Source of the DNA: an uncultured Acidobacteriota bacterium
Lineage (GTDB): Bacteria; Acidobacteriota; Thermoanaerobaculia; Thermoanaerobaculales; Sulfomarinibacteraceae
Reading direction: 5' to 3'
Length of the DNA stretch: 24,000 nt
Assembly: GCA_963714745.1 (NCBI GenBank)
Contig: CAVQPK010000005.1
Location: 153,338 to 177,337, forward strand
The number at the start of each line of letters is the position of its first letter. Position 1 is the first letter of the stretch. Of the stretch, positions 16,077 to 24,000 are shown piece after piece. A program made the position numbers and the translations under genes. Below the pieces are notes generated by a model. The model was not told the DNA's origin. It did not search any database and saw only the letters and a list, made by a program, of their open reading frames with translations.

Positions 16077-17679
16077 CTACTCCTCGTGGTGGGCCGGCTC
16101 GCCGTGGTCGGCCGCGGCCGGAATCCCGGCCGGCAGGGCCGGTTCCGGCATCGCCACCTCGACCCGCTCGAGCACCCGGTTGACCGTCGGCTCCATCATC
16201 CGGAAGAACGGCTTCGGGTAGAGGCCGATCCAGAAGGCGAGCAGGATCAGCGGGATGATGGTCCACTGCTCGCGCAGGTTGAGGTCGGAGAGCCCCTTGT
16301 TCTTCTCGTTGGTCAGGTCGCCGAAGAAGACCCGCTGGTACATCCACAGCATGTAGCCGGCGCCGAGCACGATGCCGGTGGCGGCGATCACCGCCCACCA
16401 CCACTGGTGGTGGAAGGCGCCGATCAGGATCGTGAACTCGCCGATGAAGCCGTTGAGCGTCGGCAGCCCGATCGACGACATCGTGATCACCATGAAGAAC
16501 ATGGCGTAGACCGGCATGACCTTGGCGAGGCCGCCGTACTCCGAGATCATCCGGTTGTGGCGGCGCTCGTAGATGATGCCGACGAGCAGGAAGAGCGCGC
16601 CGGTGGAGATGCCGTGGTTGAGCATCTGGAGGATCGAGCCGCGCAGCCCCGGCTGGTTGAGCGCGAACATGCCCAGCATGATGAAGCCCATGTGGCTCAC
16701 CGAGGAGTAGGCGACGAGCTTCTTCATGTCCTTCTGCGCCATCGCCACCAGCGCGCCGTAGACGATCGCGAACAGCGACAGCCAGCCGATCCACGGCACC
16801 GCCTTCACCGTCGCCTCCGGCAGCAGCGGCAGCGAGAAGCGCACGAACCCGTAGGTCCCCATCTTCAGCAGGACGCCGGCGAGGATGACCGAGCCGGCGG
16901 TCGGCGCCTCGACGTGGGCGTCGGGCAGCCAGGTGTGGAACGGGAACATCGGCACCTTGATCGCGAAGCCGACGAAGAAGGCGAGGAAGATCCAGATCTG
17001 CAGGCCGCCCGGGACCTGGGGCGCGATCGCGTACAGGTCGGGCACCGCGAAGGTGGCCACGTTGCCGAGCCCAGGCAGGCCGATCGCCGCCAGGCCGTCG
17101 GCGTTGTAGAAGTAGAGCGCGAGAATGCCGACCAGCATCAGCACCGAGCCGAACAGGGTGTAGAGGAAGAACTTGATCGCCGCGTAGAGCTTCCGCGGGT
17201 CCGCCCCAGACGCCGATGAGGAAGTACATCGGCACCAGCATGACCTCCCAGAAGACGTAGAACAGGATGAAGTCGAGCGAGCTGAACACGCCCAGCATGC
17301 CGGTCTGCAGCAGCAGCAGGAAGATGTAGTACTCCTTCTGGCGCTCGGCGATGGCGGTGAACGACGAGAACACCGAGATGAAGCCGAGCAGCGTCGTCAG
17401 CAGGATCAGCAGGATCGCGAAGCCGTCGACGCCGAACAGGTACTGCGCCCCGACCGAGGGGATCCACTCCGCCTGGGTGACGAACTGGAACTCCGGCCCG
17501 TCGGTGCGGTAGAGGAACCACAGCGGCAGGGACAGCACGAAGTCGAGCCCGACCACGACCGTGGCGAAGGCCTTGATCGCCCCGGTCCGCTCCTTGCCGA
17601 TGAAGAAGATCATGACCAGCGCGCCGGCCAGCGGCAGGTAGCAGATCAGGTTCAGGAGGTAGCCGTATTGGGTGTCCAT
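16077..17679 (-). CDS. nuoM: NADH-quinone oxidoreductase subunit M, one apparent 1-nt insertion near 17196
   Basis: [26 protein letters not shown]...[23 protein letters not shown] | [34 protein letters not shown]...[35 protein letters not shown]. Length minus one is divisible by 3. Confidence 0.94.
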
Positions 17680-17695
17680 CGTCAGGTCCCTGCTC

Positions 17696-19802
17696 CTAGA
17701 AGATGTAGTAGACGGCCAACAATGCGGCCGCACCCAGCACCATGACCAGGGCGTAGCCCTGGGCGAATCCCACCTGCAGGCGGCGGAAGGCGACGCTCGC
17801 GACGTTCCACAAGGTGCCGACGAGGTTGACGAGGCCGTCGACCACCTTGAGGTCGAAGACCCCCGACAGGAAGCTCGAGCCCACGGTCAGGTGACGGGTC
17901 CCGTTGACCGCGCCGTCCACCACCCGCGCGTCAGCCTCCCACAGGAAGGCCGCTCCCTTGACGGTGCCAGCGATCACGGTCGCGTCGTAGAGCTCGTCGA
18001 CGTAGTACTTGTTGAGCACGGCGGAGTAGGCGCGGGGGAAGCGCTCGGCGATTCGGCGCGGGGTCTCGCCGGCCTTCGCCCCGAGGTAGAAGCGGGTCGC
18101 GAGCCAGATCCCGAAGCCGGCCACGGCCAGCGACAGCGCGATCAGGCCGAGCTCGAGCCCGAGCGACAGGTGGTGGGCCGCGTGCTCACCCCCGTGACCC
18201 TCGGCCGCGTGGCCGATCGGAAGCAGGATCGGGCTCAGGAAGCGGTCGATCAGGTTCCACTCCGGGTGACCGAAGCATCTTGCCCGGCACCCCCAGGAAC
18301 CCGCCCACCACCGACAGCGCGCCCAGCACCACCAGCGGCATCGTCATCGTCCACGGCGACTCGTGCACGTGGTGCTCCGCCTCCGCCCCGCCCCGGAACT
18401 CACCGTGGAAGGTCAGGTACACCAGGCGGAACATGTAGAACGCGGTCATCACCGCGCCCGCCACACCCAGCACCCACAGCGCCAGGTACCACGTCCCGTT
18501 CCCGTTCAGGTTCCCGTACCCCGCCTCGAACGCCGACGCCAGGATCGCGTCCTTGGAGAAGAACCCCGCGAACGGCACGATCCCCGCGATCGCGATCGTC
18601 GCCGCCAGGAAGGTCCAGTAGGTGATCGGCATGTGCTTCTTCAGGCCGCCCATCTTCCGGATGTCCTGCTCGCCGGAGCAGCCGTGGATCACCGACCCCG
18701 ACCCCAGGAACAGGCACGCCTTGAAGAACGCGTGCGTCACCACGTGGAAGATCGCCGCCACGAACGCCCCCACACCGGCGCCCAGGAACATGTAGCCCAG
18801 CTGCGACACGGTGGAGTACGCCAGCACCTTCTTGATGTCGTTCTGCGCCAGCCCGATGGTCGCCGCGAACACCGCCGTCAGGCCCCCGACCACCCCCACC
18901 ACCAGCATCGCGGTCGGGCTCAGACGGAAGAACACGTTGCACCGCGCCACCATGTACACGCCCGCCGTGACCATGGTCGCCGCGTGGATCAGCGCCGACA
19001 CCGGCGTCGGCCCCGCCATCGCGTCCGGCAGCCACACATACAGCGGCAGCTGCGCCGACTTGCCCATCGCCCCCACGAACAGCAGCAGCCCGATCATCGT
19101 CGCCGAGCCCGCGTACAGCTCCGGGTGCGCCGCCGCCTCGGCGAACATGTCCCCGAACTCCACCGTGCCGAACACCGCGAACGCCGCGAAGATCGCCAGC
19201 AGGAAGCCGAAGTCCCCGATCCGGTTGACGATGAACGCCTTCTTGCCGGCCGACGCGCACCAGTCCTTCTCGAAGTAGAAGCCGATCAGCAGGTACGAGC
19301 ACAGCCCCACACCCTCCCAGCCGACGAACAGCACCGGCAGGTTGGAGCCCAGCACCAGCACCAGCATCGAGAACATGAACAGGTTCAGGTAGGCGAAGTA
19401 GCGCGCGTAGGCCCGGTCCGGCTCGTGGTGCATGTAGCCGACCGAGTACACGTGGATCAGAAAACCCACGAAGGTCACGAACCCCAGCATCACCGCCGAC
19501 AGCGCGTCGAGCTGGAACGAGGCGGCGATGTCGAGCGGGACCGTTCTCCCGCCCCAGATGGTGATCTCGCCGCCGGCGACCCAGGTGAAGACCCGGACCA
19601 CGTGGGCATGCTCGAATCCCTCGCTCGCCAGCCACTGACCGATCGCCGCCCACCCCCACAGCCAGGCGAGCCCGGAGCCGGCCAGCGCAACCAGATTGGA
19701 GACCTTCTTGGACAGGCCGAACCGGTTGGTGACGATTCCGTTGACGATCGCACCCGCGAGCGGGAACAGGGGCACGAGCCAGATCAGATCGTGAAAGCGC
19801 AT
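17696..19802 (-). CDS. nuoL: NADH-quinone oxidoreductase subunit L, one apparent 1-nt insertion near 18275
   Basis: FVGWEGVGLCSYLLIGFYFEKDWCASAGKKAFIVNRIGDFGFLL...PLYVWLPDAMAGPTPVSALIHAATMVTAGVYM...GGFLGVPGKM | FGHPEWNLIDRFLSPILLPIG...VGTLWNVASVAFRRLQVGFAQGYALVMVLGAAALLAVYYIF*. Confidence 0.94.
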
Positions 19803-19805
19803 CCT

Positions 19806-20108
19806 CTAGCTCCGCATCTCGCTCGCGTCGTCCAGCGAGATGGTGTTCTTCAACCGCACCAGGGCGATGATCAGGCCGAGCCCGATCGCCGCTTCGGCGG
19901 CGGCGATGGTGATCACGAACACCGCCAGCACCTGGCCGGAGAGGTCTCCGAGCCGGTACGAGAACGCGATCAGGTTGAGGTTGACCGCGTTGAAGACCAG
20001 CTCGAGCGACATCAGCACGGTGATGAAGTTGCGCCGCACCAGCACGCCGACCACGCCGATCGCGAACAGGATCAGCGACAGCACCATGTAGTGGGTGGCC
20101 CCGATCAT
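19806..20108 (-). CDS. nuoK: NADH-quinone oxidoreductase subunit K
   Basis: MIGATHYMVLSLILFAIGVVGVLVRRNFITVLMSLELVFNAVNLNLIAFS...VFVITIAAAEAAIGLGLIIAL (100 aa). Confidence 0.95.
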   Translation of the reverse strand: MIGATHYMVLSLILFAIGVVGVLVRRNFITVLMSLELVFNAVNLNLIAFSYRLGDLSGQVLAVFVITIAAAEAAIGLGLIIALVRLKNTISLDDASEMRS

Positions 20109-20674
20109 CGCCGGCCCTCTCCTTCCTCCTCCAGCGAGGCCTCGCGGCGGCCGAACACGATCGCCCCGATCATCGCCACCAGGAGCACGACCGAAACCAC
20201 CTCGAAAGGCACCAGGTAGGTGCGGTACAGAAGCCAACCGACGGCCTGGGTGTTGCCCAGGGCCTCGCCCTCCACCGCCCGGAGCGCGGCCTGGGAGCCG
20301 GGGCCCGCGGCGGCTCCTCCGGAGAGTGCGAGGAAAGCCATGATCGACCCGAGCAGGACCGTCCCGGCGACCGCGATCGGCGCCTGGCGCGACAGGAAGA
20401 CCTCGCTCGGACTCAGCCGCTTGACGTTGACCAGCATGATCACGAACAGGAACAGAACCATGATGCCGCCGGCGTAGACCAGCACCTGGACCGCGGCCAG
20501 GAACTCGGCGTGCTGGACCACGAACAGGCAGGCCACCATCAGGAAGCAGCCGAGCAGCGAGAGCGCGGAGTGGACCGGGTTTCTGAGCACCACCACGCCG
20601 ATCGCACCGGCGACGGTGAGCGACGCCAGCACGTAGAACAGGATCGCGGTGAAGTTGGAGACCAGGAAGTCCAT
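20105..20674 (-). CDS. nuoJ: NADH-quinone oxidoreductase subunit J
   Basis: MDFLVSNFTAILFYVLASLTVAGAIGVVVLRNPVHSALSLLGCFLMVACLFVVQHAEFLAAVQVLVYAGGIMVLFLFVIMLV. Confidence 0.93.
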   Translation of the reverse strand: MDFLVSNFTAILFYVLASLTVAGAIGVVVLRNPVHSALSLLGCFLMVACLFVVQHAEFLAAVQVLVYAGGIMVLFLFVIMLVNVKRLSPSEVFLSRQAPIAVAGTVLLGSIMAFLALSGGAAAGPGSQAALRAVEGEALGNTQAVGWLLYRTYLVPFEVVSVVLLVAMIGAIVFGRREASLEEEGEGRR

Positions 20675-21228
20675 CACGAGGCTCCTCCCTGTCCGTTCTC
20701 GGAGGCGGGCCGGGGCTTCTTGCCGAGGGGATCGTCGGGCCGCTGACCCTGGTTGGGGGGGACCACGCCCGGGAAGGCCAGCAGACCCTCCCAGCTCTGC
20801 AGACGGTTCTTGTCGAAGTAAAGGCCTTCGTTGCGCTCGTAGACGGCGCCCTCGTAGGTCTTCGACGTGAGCCAGATCGAGCGCGGCTCGGTCGGGCACG
20901 CCTCCTCGCAGAGGCCGCAGAACATGCACCGCTTGACGTCGATGTCGTAGCGGTCGATGACCTTCTTCTTCTTCTTGGTGTCGGGGTCGACCTCGACGTG
21001 GTCGACGATGTAGATGATGTTGATCGGACACGCCTTGGCGCACAGGCCGCAGTCGATGCAGCGCTCCGGGTCGTAGCCGAACATGCCGCGGAAGCGGTCG
21101 GTCGGCTCGAGCCGTTTTTCGGGGTACTGCACGGTCTCCTTGCGGGCGAACAGGTAGCCCCCGGTCACCGCCAGTCCCTTGAAGAGGTCGGTGGGGATGA
21201 GGCGGGCGAAGAAGTCCTTGACCGTCAT
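20674..21228 (-). CDS. nuoI: NADH-quinone oxidoreductase subunit I (2x [4Fe-4S])
   Basis: RFRGMFGYDPERCIDCGLCAKACPINIIYI...DVKRCMFCGLCEEACPTEPRSIWLT. Confidence 0.95.
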   Translation of the reverse strand: MTVKDFFARLIPTDLFKGLAVTGGYLFARKETVQYPEKRLEPTDRFRGMFGYDPERCIDCGLCAKACPINIIYIVDHVEVDPDTKKKKKVIDRYDIDVKRCMFCGLCEEACPTEPRSIWLTSKTYEGAVYERNEGLYFDKNRLQSWEGLLAFPGVVPPNQGQRPDDPLGKKPRPASENGQGGAS

Positions 21229-21232
21229 GGGC

Positions 21233-22287
21233 TCATCCCTTCACCAGCAGCACGCCGAGACCGATCAGCATGACGTTGGCCAGGCTGAGCGGCAACAGCC
21301 ACTTCCAGCCCACCTCCATCAGCTGGTCGAAGCGGTAGCCTCGGGAAGGTGCCGCGGAACCAGATGTAGACGAAGATGAAGAAGGCGACCTTGACGACGA
21401 ACCAGACCACCGGCGGGATCCAGGCGAGGGCGGCGCTCGCCCACAACGGCGCGAGCAGGTTCGGAAACGGCGGCAGCCAGCCGCCGAGGAACATCACCGT
21501 CGGCGAGCGACCCGACCACCAGCATGTTGGCGTACTCGGCGAGGAAGAAGAGCGCGAACTTCATCCCGGAGTACTCGGTGTGGAAGCCGGCCACCAGCTC
21601 CGACTCCGCCTCGGGCAGGTCGAAGGGGTTGCGGTTGGTCTCGGCGACCCCGCAGACGAAGTAGATGCCGAAACCGAGAATCCCCGGGAACATGAACCAG
21701 ATCCCGGCGGACGCGCTGGGCCTCGACGATCTCGACCAGCGACAGCGACCCGGCCATCAGCACCACCGCGACCATCGCGAAGCCCATCGGGACCTCGTAC
21801 GACATCATCTGGGCCGCCGAGCGGAGCCCGCCCATCAGCGAGAACTTGTTGTTCGAGGACCAGCCGCCGAGGATGATCCCGTAGATCCCGATCGAGCTCA
21901 CCGCGAGCACGAACAGCAGCGCGATGTTGACGTCGGCAAGATAGGGCGTGATCGTCCGCCCCGCGATGGTGAAGGGCTCGCCGAACGGAATCACCGCAAA
22001 GACCAGCAGCGCCGGGACGATGATCATCGCCGGCGCGATCATGAATACGAACCGCTCGGCCCCGGTCGGCATCAGGTCCTCCTTGACCAGCAGCTTGAGC
22101 GCGTCGGCGATCGGCTGCAGCCAGCCCTTCGGTCCCGACCCGGTTGGGTCCCGAGCCGGACCTGCATGTAGGCCAGCACCTTGCGCTCGAAGAAGGTCAG
22201 GTAGGCGACGATCAGGAGCAGCACTGCGAGCAGGACGACGATCTTGGCGAGGGGGATCGCCAGGTACTCGAGAAGGGGCTCGCTCAT
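21233..22287 (-). CDS. nuoH: NADH-quinone oxidoreductase subunit H, five apparent 1-nt insertions
   Basis: [46 protein letters not shown] | PNRVG | [30 protein letters not shown]...SLVEIVEA | [72 protein letters not shown] | TVMFLGGW...[12 protein letters not shown] | [34 protein letters not shown]. Removing 5 bases gives exactly 350 codons. Confidence 0.92.
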
Positions 22288-22298
22288 CGGGTCGCCTC

Positions 22299-23423
22299 CT
22301 AGCGGTCGATCTCGCCGAGCACGATGTCGAGGGTGCCGATCACCGCGACCAGGTCGGCCACGAGGTGGCCCTTGACCATGTCCGGCAGCGCCTGAAGGTT
22401 GATGAACGAGGGCGGCCGCACGTGGCACCGGTAGGGCTCGGTCGCCTTGTCGGTGGTCACCAGGAAGTAGCCCAATTCGCCCTTCGGCGCCTCGACCGCC
22501 CCGTAGACCATGCCCTCCTGAGCCCTGAGGACCTTCGGCGCCCGGGCCATGACCGGACCGTCGGGCAGCCGGTCGAGGCACTGGCGGACGATCCTCGTGG
22601 ACTGCCGCATCTCCTCGATCCGAACCAGGTAGCGATCGTAGGTGTCGCCGTTGGTGCCGATCGGCACCTCGAAGTCGATCTCGTCGTAGCGGTCGTAGGG
22701 AAACACCTTGCGGATGTCCCACCTGATCCCGGAGCCGCGCAGCGGCGGTCCGGTCAGACCCCAGTCGACGGCGTCCTCGGCCGACACCACCCCGATGCCG
22801 ATCGTGCGGCGCTTCCAGATCCGGTTTTCGGTCAGCAGGGTCTCGTACTCGTCGATGTGGGCGGGGTAGGCGTCGATGAAGGCCGAGCAGCGCTCGAACC
22901 AGCCGTCGGGCAGCTCGAACGGCACGCCGCCGATCTTCATCGTATTCAGGGTCAGCCGTGCGCCGCAGTAGTCCTCGAACAGGTCGAGGATCGCGTCGCG
23001 CTCGCGGAAGGTGTAGAAAAAGGGCGTGATCGCTCCCAGGTCGATGGCGTGGGTGGCGAGCCATACCAGGTGCGAGGCGATCCGCTGCAGCTCCGCCAGG
23101 ATCATGCGGATGTACGCCGCCCGCGGCGGCACCGTGATCCCGAGCAGCTTCTCCATCGCGACGCAGAAGCCCTGGTTGTTGGTCGCCGCGGCGACGTAGT
23201 CGAGCCGGTCCGTGTGCGGGATGCACTGGGGAAACGGCATGGTCTCGAAGAGCTTCTCGGAGCCGCGATGGAGGTAGCCGATGATCGGCTTGGCGTCGAG
23301 GATCTTCTCGCCGTCGAGCTTGAGCATCACCCGCAGCACGCCGTGGGTCGAGGGGTGCTGGGGCCCGAAGGAGAGCTCCATCTCGTCCGAGTCGAACAGC
23401 GGTTGCAGGGGTCCGCCGATCAT
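22299..23423 (-). CDS. nuoD: NADH-quinone oxidoreductase subunit D
   Basis: MELSFGPQHPSTHGVLRVMLKLDGEKI...GYLHRGSEKLFETMPFPQCIPHTDRLDYVA...APKGELGYFLVTTDKATEPYRCHVRPPSF. Confidence 0.96.
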   Translation of the reverse strand: MIGGPLQPLFDSDEMELSFGPQHPSTHGVLRVMLKLDGEKILDAKPIIGYLHRGSEKLFETMPFPQCIPHTDRLDYVAAATNNQGFCVAMEKLLGITVPPRAAYIRMILAELQRIASHLVWLATHAIDLGAITPFFYTFRERDAILDLFEDYCGARLTLNTMKIGGVPFELPDGWFERCSAFIDAYPAHIDEYETLLTENRIWKRRTIGIGVVSAEDAVDWGLTGPPLRGSGIRWDIRKVFPYDRYDEIDFEVPIGTNGDTYDRYLVRIEEMRQSTRIVRQCLDRLPDGPVMARAPKVLRAQEGMVYGAVEAPKGELGYFLVTTDKATEPYRCHVRPPSFINLQALPDMVKGHLVADLVAVIGTLDIVLGEIDR

Positions 23424-24000
23424 GCTTCGTCCCCTCCTTCGGCCGGCTCGACGACCGGGCCTCCGCCTGGCGGGTAGACGTCGGGGTAGATCGCCGCTCC
23501 GGTGTCGATGCCCTCGACCGGAAAGTCCTTGCGCAGCGGATGGCCGTTGAAGCCCTCCCAGGTCAGGATCCGCTCCAGGTTGGGATGGCCGGCGAAGGTG
23601 ATCCCGAACATGTCGAAGACCTCGCGCTCCATCCAGTTGGCGGTGCGCCACACGCCGGCCACCGAGGCCACCGTCTCGCCCTCGCCGACCGCGGCCACCA
23701 CCCGCAGCCGCTTGGAGTCCGAGAAGCGGTGCATCCAGTAGACGACGTCGAAGCGGCCCGCCTCGCGCTCCGGCCAGTCGACCGCGGTCAGATCGACCAG
23801 GAAGGTGAAGTCGCGCTCCCCTTTGAGGTGGGTGCAGACATCCAGGACCCTCTCGCGAGGCACGGTCACGGTCACGTCGCCGGCGAAGCGGTCGGCTGCG
23901 AGCACCGAACCCGGCATCGCCTCGCCAAGCGCCGTGACGTCGCCGTCACCGGTCGCCTCCTCGTGTGCTGGCGGCTGCGGTTTCTCCTCCCACGGCGGCT
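23420..24000 (-). CDS. nuoC: NADH-quinone oxidoreductase subunit C, 5' end runs off window
   Basis: FTFLVDLTAVDWPEREAGRFDVVYWMHRFSDSKRLRV...VWRTANWMEREVFDMFGITFAGHPNLERILTWEGFNGHPLRKDFPVEG; frame open upstream to the edge (PWEEKPQPPAHEEATGDGDVTALGEAMPGSV). TGA overlaps nuoD ATG. Confidence 0.92.
   Translation of the reverse strand, partial: PPWEEKPQPPAHEEATGDGDVTALGEAMPGSVLAADRFAGDVTVTVPRERVLDVCTHLKGERDFTFLVDLTAVDWPEREAGRFDVVYWMHRFSDSKRLRVVAAVGEGETVASVAGVWRTANWMEREVFDMFGITFAGHPNLERILTWEGFNGHPLRKDFPVEGIDTGAAIYPDVYPPGGGPVVEPAEGGDEA

Noticed and set aside
14569-17733. 1054-aa minus ORF in the track
   Set aside because: Only its N-terminal part is real (NuoM before the frameshift); the remainder is out-of-frame readthrough of nuoM and nuoN.
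18363-20219. 618-aa plus-strand ORF rich in His/Arg/Asp/Gln opposite nuoL/nuoK
   Set aside because: Antisense shadow of conserved nuoL and nuoK; low-complexity composition typical of high-GC opposite-strand frames. Same reasoning rejects 16086-17219 (+), 17672-18625 (+), 368-1348 (+), 12041-12298 (+) and similar.
20963-20980. CTTCTTCTTCTTCTTC microsatellite (KKKKK in NuoI) as a phase-variation tract
   Set aside because: Trinucleotide-type tract would change only Lys count, not frame, and lies in a variable loop between the two ferredoxin motifs.
21233-22287. nuoH as a pseudogene
   Set aside because: Every segment of the protein is preserved and conserved once single bases are removed, and surrounding nuo genes are intact; decay would not normally produce only insertions.
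22072-23226. 384-aa minus ORF overlapping nuoD and nuoH
   Set aside because: Mostly an out-of-frame reading of nuoD; only the C-terminal [15 protein letters not shown]... segment is the true NuoH N-terminus.

Overview
High-GC bacterial chromosomal window, dominated by housekeeping and energy-metabolism genes. Left part: purF (minus, 3' end runs off the window; missing from the ORF track), a FAA1-type long-chain acyl-CoA synthetase, a tandem pair of ArsA/GET3-like ATPases, an FHA-GGDEF protein (plus strand), a HerA/VirB4-like ATPase with a C-terminal coiled coil (minus), and a BON+LysM protein (plus). Right part is one long minus-strand block. In transcription order it reads nuoC(partial)-D-H-I-J-K-L-M-N, atpZ, atpI-like, atpB, atpE, a thioredoxin-fold protein without CxxC, an M23 peptidase and a GHMP sugar kinase. 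I see no CRISPR array, recognisable defence island, prophage, integrase, rRNA or tRNA, and I cannot claim a new multi-gene system. The observations most worth following up are: (1) paired, sense-oriented 8-nt-periodic repeats just 3' of the stops of all four convergently transcribed genes; (2) twelve inferred single-base insertions and no deletions, in only five genes (5 in nuoH, 4 in the second ArsA-like gene), most likely sequence errors; (3) a c-subunit with the Gln/Glu-Ser/Tyr spacing of Na+-binding c-rings and a predicted signal peptide; (4) an ArsA-like pair in which only the first copy keeps the signature lysine; (5) nuoD followed directly by nuoH with no nuoEFG; (6) a palindromic CAGTATACTG between divergent genes and a paired CCGGTTGAACCG operator-like repeat upstream of purF and the acyl-CoA synthetase. 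Coordinates and alignments were done by eye.
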